From: a virus
Taxonomy: Duplodnaviria; Heunggongvirae; Uroviricota; Caudoviricetes
IMG/VR virus record: IMGVR_UViG_2917870735_000001
Coordinates: 1 to 38,265 of that record
DNA: 38,265 nt
Direction: 5' to 3' (one strand)
Shown: in pieces, positions 18,262-27,464 of the stretch
Numbering within the stretch: the first letter of the stretch is position 1
Layout: each line of letters starts with the position of its first letter
The notes under the pieces: generated by a model
What the model was told of the DNA's origin: nothing
What the model saw: only the letters and a program-made list of their open reading frames with translations
The model's database searches: none
Translations under genes and position numbers: made by a program

Positions 18262-19480
18262 TGGCGTTATCCTTCTGCTTACCGGCTTTACTGCCATCGG
18301 AGGGTTTCGTGGTCATGTTCATCGGTGTGAGATAGACATCACCACCGGGACGCGGATTCATATCTTCCAGGTCGCGGCAATCATTGGGAGAGTAAATTCC
18401 CCAGTTGATCCCGGTGGCGTAGGCTTCAAAACGGGACTTCATATCCCCGCGCAGTAACGCCCCGGCGTTAAATTTGGCGTAATAAACGCCCTGCTTACTT
18501 TTTCGTACCAGTCCGGTGTTGATCCGCTGTTCGATGCGGGTCAGATACGGCACCAGTGAATAGTTGATAAATCCCAGCCCCAGCTCTTCGATATTGTTGA
18601 AGGTGGCGCGATCGGTGTTCTGCACCATGTGCAACGGCACCCGGAACAGACGACAGATTTCTTCAAGCTGAAACTTGCGGGTTTCCAGGAACTGGCTGTC
18701 CTCGGCGTTCAGCGCCATCGACTTCCAGTCCAGCCCCATCTCAAGGATCATCGGGCGGTGAGCATTGCCAAGCCCGGTGTGACGCTCCTCAAAATCTTTC
18801 TTCAGGCGCTCATAAGCCTGATCTGACAGCGTCTGCTCTGTACGCAACACACCCGACGTCACCGCGCCATTGCTGAACAGTCTGGCCCCGTGCTCTTCGG
18901 TCGCTGCCGCCAGCGATATTGCCTCGCGGGCATAGGCGATGGGATTCAGCCCCACCAGTCCGTCCAGCGTCAGCGTGCGCACATGCCAGATATCCTCCTG
19001 GCTCAGTACATCCGTGGAGCCATCCGGGAATGTGACCTGATAGACCGGCTCCCAGCTACTGTTAAGCTTCGGTACCACACAGCCGGGATCGACGGGCAGC
19101 AGTTCAGCCACTTCGCCAAATGCTTTCACTTTGTAGGCGTAAAAGTTTCCCCGCAGGCACAGACAGGTGACCACCAGCTCCCAGAACTCCTGCGGCGTCA
19201 TATAGCCATTGGGATGCGTGGAGATCAGCTTATGCAGACGTTCGCCAGTGGCTCTCTGCTTCAGGCTGCCGTTCAGGTGATACAGGTTGCAGGGCAACAT
19301 CCCGACCGACTCCGCCAGCACCCTGACACAGGAAAAAACCGCCGTCAGTCGCATGGCCCGCTGGCTGCTGATCTGCTTTCCGGTATAGGTGTCGTAGGAC
19401 AACCCGATAGCATCCGCCAGCTCTGCTGGCGTGGTCACCGGTGCGTCACTTTTTCGTTGAAATAATCCCGAAAAGAACAC
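18239..19480 (-). CDS. portal protein (HK97 family)
   Basis: 413 aa; GTG start at 19480 with GGAGGT RBS; position between terminase large subunit and prohead protease. Confidence 0.85.
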   Translation of the reverse strand: MFFSGLFQRKSDAPVTTPAELADAIGLSYDTYTGKQISSQRAMRLTAVFSCVRVLAESVGMLPCNLYHLNGSLKQRATGERLHKLISTHPNGYMTPQEFWELVVTCLCLRGNFYAYKVKAFGEVAELLPVDPGCVVPKLNSSWEPVYQVTFPDGSTDVLSQEDIWHVRTLTLDGLVGLNPIAYAREAISLAAATEEHGARLFSNGAVTSGVLRTEQTLSDQAYERLKKDFEERHTGLGNAHRPMILEMGLDWKSMALNAEDSQFLETRKFQLEEICRLFRVPLHMVQNTDRATFNNIEELGLGFINYSLVPYLTRIEQRINTGLVRKSKQGVYYAKFNAGALLRGDMKSRFEAYATGINWGIYSPNDCRDLEDMNPRPGGDVYLTPMNMTTKPSDGSKAGKQKDNANADETTS

Positions 19481-19662
19481 TATTTACCTCCGCCGACAGA
19501 CGACTGTGTACGGTCGAGATATCGCGCCACCAGCCACGACCAGAACAGGCACAACGCCCCGGCAACAACAAACCCCGCCGGGGGATAAATCAGCCAGGCA
19601 CCATACGCCAGCAAAAGCGCCCCCAGCACGCCCACCAGAGGCGCGAGAATCAGCATGATCAT
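19480..19662 (-). CDS. small hydrophobic protein (60 aa)
   Basis: ATG at 19662 with GAGGT RBS; predicted two TM segments; lies exactly between terminase large subunit stop and portal start. Confidence 0.35.
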
Positions 19663-19673
19663 AATTACCTCAG

Positions 19674-21407
19674 TTAAAGCGAGCGGATCCCATAGGACTC
19701 AATGTGGTCAGACAACGTGTCTTCTTTCTCGTACAGCATGGCTCTGCCAACCGCCATAATCAGCGCAACTGCACCATCGATTTTGTTTTCCGCCTGCTCT
19801 TTGACGGGCTTCACCACATCATCGTTACCCGGAATGGTTTTGCCGACCACGTTGCCGATACACCAGGTCATGATGGGATTGCCATCATGATGAAAGCGCC
19901 CCGATTCAATTGCCGCTTCCAGCTCTTTCATCGGGTCGGACATGTTGGTGTAGTTCTGAATGATAGTGATGGGGTTCAGGTCTTCATCAGCAAGGTCATG
20001 TGACAACCCGGTCGCCCCGAAGGGGTCGATGGGTGACTCACTGACCGGGCTGATTTTGTTCGCCGCTTTGGCCTCCTCGAGGATGTAGCGATAATCCACC
20101 TCCGCACCATCGGTAACGGTCAGAACCCCCATCTCCACCCATTTCTGAAAGCGTTCGGCTGTCCGTCGATCTTCATTTTTCTCGACGCTGTACACCGTGT
20201 CATACGGTACCCAGAAACGCGGGGCCACACTGTAGTAATGCGTTTTACCGTCAATCTCGCGGGTATAAAGTCGCGCCATGCTGTTCATATCCAGCTTACG
20301 CGCCAGGTCAAAGGCCAGAATGCACGGCTGCCCCTCGAACTGCTCAAGGGTCAGTGATTTATCCTCGCAGCTCTGCCAGCTCACCAGGTTGAAATACGCC
20401 GAACGCGCCGACACCCAGATATTGAGGTGTTTTGTTTTAAAGACGTTTGCCAGACGGGCATTATTTTTCGCACGCTGCTGCTGACTTAACAAAAATTCGC
20501 GATAAACCGACACGCCAATATTTGGATTGGCTTTTTCCAGCACCTGCGGGTCGGTCCAGTCGTCACCTTCATCAACGGTATAGATGATCCCGAACAGTTC
20601 ATCGTTGGGAACCGAGCCATTGAGCATCTCGATAACTTCCCGCCGCTTGTCGTAGCACGGCCCCTCAATGTTGTACCCGGCGGTGGTGATAGCCCACATC
20701 AGTGGCTGGCGTCGCGCCCCCATCCCGGTAAGCATTGTGGTGTAAAGCGCATCGGTGGCGTGCTCGTGATATTCATCCACCACCGCACAGTGGGGTGATG
20801 AACCATCACCGGGGTTACCGATCAGTGGTTCAAACCGCGCACCATCCTCCTGACGGTTCATGTTTGAGGCGTTAACCTCAATCCCGAACGCTTCCGTCAG
20901 CATGGGTGTGCGTTTACACATCAGTCGCGCCGGGCGAAAGACTTCCCACGCCTGTTTCTCCGTCGTGGCACCGGAATACACTTCCGCGCCAAACTCGTTA
21001 TCACAGGCAAAACAATACAGGGCAACACCGGCAGAGATTGCCGATTTGCCGTTCTTACGGGGGATTTCGGTATACACCTCACGGAAGCGGCGCAGCCGGG
21101 AGCCTTTATTGACCCAGCCAAACGCACAGCAGATCACAAATAGCTGCCACGGCTCCAGCGTGATGGGCATCCGTTTGAATGCCCACTCACCCTTGGTGTG
21201 CGGCAACAGCTGAATAAATTTCGCGGCCCGTTCAGCCAGGTCCTTGTCGAAGCGGTAACGAAACGACTTACTTTTTTCCGCCATCAGGTCATCAAGATGG
21301 CGCTGGCAGGCCTGAATCACAAACTGGCAGGCAACAATCTTTCCGCGCACGACATCCCGGGCATACTGATTGGCAGCATTTACGTTGGGGTAAGATTTCC
21401 GGCTCAT
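19674..21407 (-). CDS. terminase large subunit
   Basis: 577 aa; ATG overlaps small-subunit stop (ATGA); size and position upstream of portal. Confidence 0.9.
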
Positions 21408-21898
21408 GATTCGATGATTTTCAGAAACGGGTTAGTGGCTTTCTTCTTCCCCGCCAGGCCAATCAGACGCTGGCGGCTGCTGGGGTCGAGTCCGAGCATT
21501 GCCCCCGTACTGCTCATCTCGGACTCCTGTTCTTTTTTGGCGGTCAGCTCCGGATTTTTGACCATACCGCCCATTGCACCGGTGATGGTGTTGCCCTGTC
21601 TGGCAATATTTTTCACGGCACGTCGCCAGAACTCGTAGGCCACGCACCACCGCTCAAGCACTGCGAGGTCAGTCACGCACAGCAGGCCCTGACCGCAGAG
21701 TTCTTTGGTTGTCAGTTGCCACATGATCGTGGCGAGAGGGAGATCTTCTTCTGCGAACCACTCCGGTGGCTCAACACCTTTGATGGGCGTAAAAACAGGT
21801 TCATCTTTATTCAGGGCTCGCTTGCCGGGGTTTCCGGCCAGCGCCTTGCGCGCCGTTGGCTTGGGGCGACGCCCGGAACGCCCCGCCGTTCCAGCCAT
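21404..21898 (-). CDS. terminase small subunit (P27-family-like)
   Basis: Basic N-terminus (..[29 protein letters not shown]..); ATG at 21898 (ORF track GTG at 21907); immediately upstream of large subunit and downstream of HNH gene. Confidence 0.75.
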   Translation of the reverse strand: MAGTAGRSGRRPKPTARKALAGNPGKRALNKDEPVFTPIKGVEPPEWFAEEDLPLATIMWQLTTKELCGQGLLCVTDLAVLERWCVAYEFWRRAVKNIARQGNTITGAMGGMVKNPELTAKKEQESEMSSTGAMLGLDPSSRQRLIGLAGKKKATNPFLKIIES

Positions 21899-21944
21899 AT
21901 GCGGCACTCCTGGTTAAATTTCATTTTTCGCGGGTATAAAAAAA

Positions 21945-21965
21945 CGATGGGGCGGGCAGTCCGGA
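21945..21965. other. candidate cos / terminase recognition region (G-rich motif ggggcgggcagtcc)
   Basis: G/C-rich motif in the HNH to terS intergenic region, loosely resembling the lambda cohesive-end sequence GGGCGGCGACCT (recalled); location is where cos sites sit in HNH-terS-terL phages. Confidence 0.25.
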
Positions 21966-22028
21966 AGGATGCGGGCTGCAGGGATTTACCCTCCCCCTCC
22001 CCTAGGTGGATTCAGATGATAGTTATTA

Positions 22029-22379
22029 TCACTTAAGACGTTCACGCGCGGTCTTCGTGGCGTGACACGACCAGCACAGGCTTTCGAGGTTGCGGTCATC
22101 ATCAGTACCGCCGTGAGCTTTCGCGATGATATGGTCGACACAAGACGCCTGTTTCACCACGCTCCGCCGGAGATGTTCCTGGCACAGCCCTTTGTCACGC
22201 TTCAGGATACGGGCCCGGATGACTTCCCATTTGGTACCGTAGCCGCGCTGGTGACGGGATTGTCCTGGCTTGTATTGTTTCCAGCCTTCGCTTTTGTGGC
22301 TTTCGCAGTAGCCTGACGGGTCAGTGGTGGTTTGGCGGCAGCCGCGAACGCGGCAGGCTTTTGGGGTTCGTGGGGGCAT
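22029..22379 (-). CDS. HNH endonuclease
   Basis: Cys-rich N-terminus (CRVRGCRQTT..CESH) and HNH core (..CVDHIIAKAHGGTDDDRNLESLCWSCHATK..); ATG at 22379 with GGAG RBS; adjacent to terminase small subunit. Confidence 0.8.
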   Translation of the reverse strand: MPPRTPKACRVRGCRQTTTDPSGYCESHKSEGWKQYKPGQSRHQRGYGTKWEVIRARILKRDKGLCQEHLRRSVVKQASCVDHIIAKAHGGTDDDRNLESLCWSCHATKTARERLK

Positions 22380-22444
22380 GCTGGCTCCAATAAAAAGCCC
22401 CGCGACGCGAGGCTTAGACAGAAAAAACACCGGATAAGATCTGG

Positions 22445-22648
22445 TCATTCTTCCTTTTTAATAATGACTTCTCGAGGGCGCAATTGTTGGATAGCACGAC
22501 AAATACAATATGGAATAACTGCCCATGCTACTCCCATTGCTGCACCTGCAGCCTGTTGTGGAGCACTCTGAGCACCGAAAACCCCGAGGATTCCTTCAAT
22601 AAATCCAATAGCACTACACAAAAGACTGATGACCCAGAGAATTTTCAT
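22445..22648 (-). CDS. small membrane protein (67 aa)
   Basis: ATG at 22648 with AAGGAG RBS; hydrophobic N-terminal and central segments; AT-rich; upstream AT-rich promoter-like region. Confidence 0.4.
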   Translation of the reverse strand: MKILWVISLLCSAIGFIEGILGVFGAQSAPQQAAGAAMGVAWAVIPYCICRAIQQLRPREVIIKKEE

Positions 22649-22765
22649 AAACCCAAACTCCTTTTAAATAAACACTTTACTAGGATAATTCTCATAAAAT
22701 GTTAGTAAAGTATTTTCAGGAAAATAGCGTATCACTGCCTATTTTTGACACTGATGCTGGGATAA

Positions 22766-23140
22766 TTATTCCGGTCGCTGGAGTTGCTCATGATGATACA
22801 GAGCGAGAATCAGGTCATAAGACCCTTGCCTGTCTTTGTAACCAGTTTTATCAACCAATTCAGCTTTACTGATTCCGGGTAAATCAAGAATCAGATTCGC
22901 AACTTCAATTGCCCTTTGGTACAACTTACCGCCCTTTTTCTCCCCATGCAGTGGTTTTACATTCTTGAGGTAACCTCTATCCGCCAGGGCGAGAAATGTT
23001 GCCCTTGGGCATATCTTCTTTCGTGACGATTCGCTTTCTGTAACCTCTGCGACAGCTGCATCCCATGCATCACGAGGAGGCATTGAGCTATCAGCAACCA
23101 AATGATAAGCGATTAAAGCGGCGCGCGCGTATTGAGACAT
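22766..23140 (-). CDS. hypothetical protein (no recognised domain)
   Basis: ORF of 124 aa from ATG 23140 (141 aa from ATG 23191); located between the spanin genes and the packaging module; soluble, no signal peptide. Confidence 0.45.
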   Translation of the reverse strand: MSQYARAALIAYHLVADSSMPPRDAWDAAVAEVTESESSRKKICPRATFLALADRGYLKNVKPLHGEKKGGKLYQRAIEVANLILDLPGISKAELVDKTGYKDRQGSYDLILALYHHEQLQRPE

Positions 23141-23178
23141 AATGCATCCATATACAAAAATCTCATGATAAGACTTTT

Positions 23179-23622
23179 CTAATATGAACACTGTGATCTC
23201 ACATACTCTTGCAGGCCATTCAATTGGTTAGTTATGGTTTCGATGCGCTCTCTGAGAACGAAATAATCCCGTTGAGCGGTGTCAGTAAGTCTGGGGCTGG
23301 AAGCATCATCCACGCCGGAGGCGGCGGTGGTTTTATGCATGTCCGGACAGACTGCTTTGACGTGCAGCCACTTACGACCAGCAGAAACATCAGCACGAAG
23401 ACTTTCGATAGTCGCGTTAGCATCAGCAAGCTCCTTTGTATATCTGGCATCGAGTTCAGCTACATTACTTTGACGTTTCTGCATGTCAGCGATAATGGAT
23501 GCGGCCTTATCGCGCTGCTTTTTGTAGGTGATGGCGTTATCACGGTAATGATTAACCGCCCATGACAGGCAGACGATGATGCAGATAACCAGAACGGAGA
23601 TAATCGCGGTGACTCTGCTCAT
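23179..23622 (-). CDS. Rz: i-spanin Rz
   Basis: 147 aa with N-terminal TM helix ([18 protein letters not shown]) and coiled-coil periplasmic domain; contains embedded Rz1 in another frame; follows the endolysin gene. Confidence 0.85.
   Translation of the reverse strand: MSRVTAIISVLVICIIVCLSWAVNHYRDNAITYKKQRDKAASIIADMQKRQSNVAELDARYTKELADANATIESLRADVSAGRKWLHVKAVCPDMHKTTAASGVDDASSPRLTDTAQRDYFVLRERIETITNQLNGLQEYVRSQCSY
23232..23423 (-). CDS. Rz1: o-spanin Rz1 (lipoprotein) embedded in Rz
   Basis: Embedded ORF with lipobox ..LLVVSGC followed by [22 protein letters not shown], matching remembered lambda Rz1; start taken at the internal ATG giving about 63 aa. Confidence 0.7.
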   Translation of the reverse strand: MLTRLSKVFVLMFLLVVSGCTSKQSVRTCIKPPPPPAWMMLPAPDLLTPLNGIISFSESASKP

Positions 23623-24095
23623 ACCTCAATCTCTCTGACCGTTCCGCCCGCTTCTTTGAATTTTGCAATCAGGCTGTCAGTCTTATGCTCGAACTGACCA
23701 TAACCAGCGCCAGGCAATGAGGCCCAGATATTGCTGCAACGGTCGATTGCCTGACGGATGTCACCGCGATCAATCATTAGTAAAGCGCCACGCTCCTTAA
23801 TCTGCTGCAATGCAACAGCATCCTGGCTTTTAGGAGAGAAGTCTGTCAGCCCTAACTGCTTGCGGTAAGCATCCCACCAGCGTGAAAGAAGTTGATAACG
23901 GCCTGCGGCTGTTGATTTGAGTTTCGGGTTTAGCGTGACAAGTTTTCGAGGGTGATCGGAGTAATCAGTGAAGAGTTCGCCACCGACAATAACGTCATAA
24001 CCGTGGTTACGTGTCGGTTGTCGCCCGTTATCCGTTCCTTCTGACCAGGCCACCATATCAAGGAAAGCTTTACGCTGAGGATTTAGTACCTGCAT
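23619..24095 (-). CDS. R: endolysin (lambda R-type lytic transglycosylase)
   Basis: 158 aa; ..[146 protein letters not shown] matches remembered lambda R nearly throughout. Confidence 0.9.
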   Translation of the reverse strand: MQVLNPQRKAFLDMVAWSEGTDNGRQPTRNHGYDVIVGGELFTDYSDHPRKLVTLNPKLKSTAAGRYQLLSRWWDAYRKQLGLTDFSPKSQDAVALQQIKERGALLMIDRGDIRQAIDRCSNIWASLPGAGYGQFEHKTDSLIAKFKEAGGTVREIEV

Positions 24096-24098
24096 AAA

Positions 24099-24425
24099 TT
24101 ACTCCTTCGAGCTACCAAATTTGTTACCGATTACTCGCATTGCAGCCCCACGAATAGCATCGACACCGATCAGCCCAACGCCGCCACCAATGGCAACAGA
24201 AAGAGATTTAGGCCATCCGACATACTCAAGAGCGGATGCAAAAGTCAGCGTCAGAGCACCACAGAGCAAAATCTCGAGCGTTTTTCGCTTCCAGCCACCA
24301 CCACCGCCAAAATAGGCAATGCGCAATCCAGCCATAACAATCGACATAATCACTGCGCCCAGTGGTGTGTCTCCACGCCACCAGCTCTGGAGCAAGTCCA
24401 GCCAGGTATTTGGGTTATGAGGCAT
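24099..24425 (-). CDS. holin (not lambda S-type)
   Basis: 108 aa with at least two hydrophobic TM segments and charged C-terminus; immediately upstream of the endolysin with 3-nt spacing. Confidence 0.7.
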   Translation of the reverse strand: MPHNPNTWLDLLQSWWRGDTPLGAVIMSIVMAGLRIAYFGGGGGWKRKTLEILLCGALTLTFASALEYVGWPKSLSVAIGGGVGLIGVDAIRGAAMRVIGNKFGSSKE

Positions 24426-24577
24426 TTGTAGTTATCTCTCACCTCGCTGATACAGCAGGTGCAAATTGAGGGAACATCATGTACCGCAAATCAGAAGCGG
24501 AAACGTCAAAGAAGCCGAACCAATGGATAACTGCGGAATAGGCCAGGCCCAACGAATCCCCAGCCACAGAAACGACA

Positions 24578-24599
24578 AAACCCGCTCGACGGCGGGTTT
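24578..24599 (-). terminator. hairpin with partial U-tract upstream of the holin (candidate tR'-like terminator of a short late leader)
   Basis: 8-bp stem aaacccgc / gcgggttt; on the minus strand followed by TGTCGTTTCTG. U-tract is weak. Confidence 0.3.
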
Positions 24600-24722
24600 A
24601 AGCTGTGTGGCGAAGTAACCACTCTTAACAGATTACAAGAATTTTTGCGGACCGCGTTAATGATTTTTAATCCCAAAGTCGTATTATTCGTTTTTTACTG
24701 TAGGAGTTAACAGGTTTATATT

Positions 24723-26054
24723 ATGTTAGATACACTATCTTTCACTGAACGTGACGAGTTCCAACGAAGAAACATCGCTGAAAATATCATCAAGTTGCTA
24801 AAACCAGAGGCAGACATTTCACCACTGGTAATAGACGGCGCATGGGGAACAGGGAAAACAGAATTTAGTATCAAACTGAAAAATCTCATTATTGAGCAAG
24901 AAACCGAATCTAAAGTTGTTTATATTGATGCCTTTAAAGGGGATCATGCAGAATCTCCATTACTTCTCATAACCTCTGCAATTGCTAGCATTTTGCCTGA
25001 GGAAGAAAAACAACACTTCATTAAGAGATCACTTCCTGCAATTCGATTTGGTTTAAAAACGGTACTAAAAGCTGGTGCAGGTTGGTTTTTACGACAGGAG
25101 GCTAGTGAAGTTGCCGAAGAATTCCAAGATGCGATGAAGAAAGCAAGCAATGCAGCAATAGATGGGACTATTGAAAATTTGCTTGAAGACCATATGGAAT
25201 CAGAGAAAAACATAAATTCACTTAAATCTTGCATCGAAAGTATTTCAGAAAATCAAAAGATAGTAATTATAATTGATGAATTAGACCGATGTAAGCCGAG
25301 TTTTTCAACAAATGTCATTGAAACAATAAAACACATTTTTGACATCAATAATGTCTTTTTTATTTTAGTTACAAACACAGAACAATTAAAAGCATCGATA
25401 AATCATATTTATGGTTATAGTATTAACTCACAAAAGTATCTTGACAAGTTTATAAAATATACCATCACGCTTCCAGACACATGTTTAATAAATGGTCACG
25501 TCGTATGTAAAACATCTGCTATATATTGGAATTACCTTGTAGACAAGACAAAATCACTAAATGAAATTAATAGTTTATCTGGTAGATTTATCCGTGATTT
25601 AATTCAACGAACCAACTTATCCTTACGTGAAACACAAACTTTTTCACGCAATCTTAACATTTTTCAACTGTTAAACGACGAGGAGTACAAAAGCAGTGCT
25701 CCTTTAATAAATAGGATCTTTGTCGTAGCTGTCTTCATACATTGCTTTGGTGACAAGGAAAAAATAAAACAAGAAATTACCGCTGAATCTATATCTCATT
25801 TAGCAGACCTGCTTAACATAAAAGAAATACCTTATTCTTATGAGAGAAGATCGCAAATTCCTGAAATATCTATTGTATTCTTCGGAATAATTAAAGACAG
25901 CATTACTCTTAATGCGCGATTTGCCCCTAAAAGTGATGAAGAACTTAAAAGATTCACAAATGTTTATACTAATTATGATCACCTAAATTTTTGGAGTACT
26001 ACACCCAGAGAGTTATTGATAAAATATATCAATCAAATGTCATTCATTCAGTAA
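24723..26054 (+). CDS. KAP-family P-loop NTPase
   Basis: 443 aa; Walker A GAWGTGKT (about residues 39-46) and the KAP-characteristic Walker B ..IVIIIDELDRC..; markedly AT-rich relative to flanking phage genes; opposite strand to the late operon; strong terminator immediately downstream. Confidence 0.8.
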   Translation: MLDTLSFTERDEFQRRNIAENIIKLLKPEADISPLVIDGAWGTGKTEFSIKLKNLIIEQETESKVVYIDAFKGDHAESPLLLITSAIASILPEEEKQHFIKRSLPAIRFGLKTVLKAGAGWFLRQEASEVAEEFQDAMKKASNAAIDGTIENLLEDHMESEKNINSLKSCIESISENQKIVIIIDELDRCKPSFSTNVIETIKHIFDINNVFFILVTNTEQLKASINHIYGYSINSQKYLDKFIKYTITLPDTCLINGHVVCKTSAIYWNYLVDKTKSLNEINSLSGRFIRDLIQRTNLSLRETQTFSRNLNIFQLLNDEEYKSSAPLINRIFVVAVFIHCFGDKEKIKQEITAESISHLADLLNIKEIPYSYERRSQIPEISIVFFGIIKDSITLNARFAPKSDEELKRFTNVYTNYDHLNFWSTTPRELLIKYINQMSFIQ

Positions 26055-26056
26055 AT

Positions 26057-26088
26057 AATACGCCCCTGCATGGGGCGTATTTTATTAA
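26057..26088 (+). terminator. rho-independent terminator after the KAP NTPase gene
   Basis: Perfect 10-bp stem aatacgcccc / ggggcgtatt with a 5-nt loop (26057..26081), followed by TTATT; overlaps the 3' end of Q on the other strand. Confidence 0.7.
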
Positions 26089-26450
26089 ACGTCCAAATCT
26101 AATGTTAGATCTAGCATGGAAAGGCAGCCATCAATAAATCCTTCGGCTAGCTGTATTTCTATACGTATCAATTTCTCATCCTTTCCACGCGCCTTTGCAA
26201 TCTTACGCTTGGATATTCTGTATAAATAATGTGCCACAAGAAGCGAATGCTCATAAGGTCTTTTTTGCTTTAGACGAGCAAGACAACCTTCAATAATTAA
26301 TGCATCACTATCCGAACAAGCCAAGCGTTTCTTGCTGGTATAGGGAAGAAGCCCTTTAAACCCAGCAGCTATAGGAGAATAGTCTACTCCTGAACTATCA
26401 CTCGCCGCCCATGCTCCCCAACGATCCAGAACCATCTGAATATCACGCAT
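26085..26450 (-). CDS. late-gene antiterminator Q-like protein
   Basis: About 121 aa from ATG 26450 (ORF track GTG at 26465); sequence MRDIQMVLDRWGAWAA.. resembles the Q-antiterminator family of phage-82-type prophages as I recall it; conserved position upstream of the lysis genes. Confidence 0.65.
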   Translation of the reverse strand: MRDIQMVLDRWGAWAASDSSGVDYSPIAAGFKGLLPYTSKKRLACSDSDALIIEGCLARLKQKRPYEHSLLVAHYLYRISKRKIAKARGKDEKLIRIEIQLAEGFIDGCLSMLDLTLDLDV

Positions 26451-26467
26451 CAACTTTCTCCACAAAA

Positions 26468-27463
26468 TCAGGCCAGCACGCCAGTTGCCAGCGCACGATC
26501 GATAAAACGAAATATCAGCTCCAGTTGGGAGCCATACTTCTCTTCAAATGCCACGGTATCTGCATGCAGCTCGTCGTGATGCTTTCTGCACAAAGGCAAC
26601 ACAAAGAGGTCATGCGCTTTTGTCCCCATTCCTCCCTGACCGTGACCTATCAGGTGGTGAGGATCATCAGCAGACTTTCCACAACATGCACACGGCTGCG
26701 TCTTAACCCAGCGCGTGTACTTTTCGTTAACCCAGCGGCAACGTTTGGGGCGTAACATAAAAGACTCCGGCGACTCCGGATCCACTTTCAGCGCCAGCAC
26801 CTTTTTCGCTTTATCCTGGATGATGCTGGTGGCAGGAACCGAAGGAACAAGGTCACTTTCCCGGGTGACAGACGGCACAACAGGCTTCGGTAATCTCAGT
26901 GCCTTACGGGCTGCACTTTCCGGTAAGGCATCCGCCAGGTCATTACGAACCAGCCACCAGCATAGTTCCGGCATTGTCACAACGTGACTATCATCAAAAC
27001 CGAGATCCCGACGCACAACAGACAACATCCAGCGGGCACAGTTATCCGTTGCCATTGATTCCAGCCGTTCCGTGAACTGATCGTGCAGCTGGTTATCGCA
27101 GTGCCAGCACAGACGGATTGCGCCCGGCGCGTGTCGCATTGTGGTCATGTTCTCGCTGTGCCAGTCGGAATGAGGCCACTGGCAGCCTTTTTCACGAAGT
27201 AACCAGCTTTCAAGACATTCCACTCCACCAGCACGACGGATCACTGCCTCATTGCGGAACACGGCCCGAACGGCAGGATCATCCGCCAGCGGTTGTGATG
27301 CTGCCGGAACGGCACCACTGGCGAAAGATGAATAACGTTCCGGCTCAGGCTCCAGCAGGACACGCCCCTGCATAAACAGGGGCATCAGCTCTGAACCTGG
27401 TCTGAACAATACGATCCCCATACGCGGGGCAATTTCAGGGGTCAGTAGAGCTCTCACGGTCAC
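26468..27463 (-). CDS. DUF968-like protein (Cys/His-rich C-terminus)
   Basis: 331 aa; C-terminal ..QPCACCGKSADDPHHL..HDLFVLPLCRKHHDELH.. Zn-binding/HNH-like pattern typical of nin-region proteins in E. coli cryptic prophages (recalled); start could be GTG 27463 or ATG 27421. Confidence 0.5.
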   Translation of the reverse strand: MTVRALLTPEIAPRMGIVLFRPGSELMPLFMQGRVLLEPEPERYSSFASGAVPAASQPLADDPAVRAVFRNEAVIRRAGGVECLESWLLREKGCQWPHSDWHSENMTTMRHAPGAIRLCWHCDNQLHDQFTERLESMATDNCARWMLSVVRRDLGFDDSHVVTMPELCWWLVRNDLADALPESAARKALRLPKPVVPSVTRESDLVPSVPATSIIQDKAKKVLALKVDPESPESFMLRPKRCRWVNEKYTRWVKTQPCACCGKSADDPHHLIGHGQGGMGTKAHDLFVLPLCRKHHDELHADTVAFEEKYGSQLELIFRFIDRALATGVLA

Positions 27464-27464
27464 C

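Noticed and set aside
16637-19465. Plus-strand ORFs antisense to capsid, protease and portal genes (16637..17068, 17265..17699, 17696..18013, 18053..18457, 18890..19465)
   Set aside because: Fully embedded antisense in genes with strong structural-gene synteny; no RBS; compositionally biased translations.
24944-25982. Minus-strand ORFs 24944..25234 and 25800..25982 inside the KAP NTPase gene
   Set aside because: Embedded antisense to an ORF with clear Walker A/B motifs; no RBS. They may still be traversed by late transcription but are unlikely to be coding.
26824-26831. Chi octamers GCTGGTGG (26824..26831 plus strand; reverse-complement copy near 27225..27232)
   Set aside because: Chi is frequent in E. 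coli-derived DNA and two copies in 38 kb is not remarkable; noted only as consistent with an enterobacterial host.
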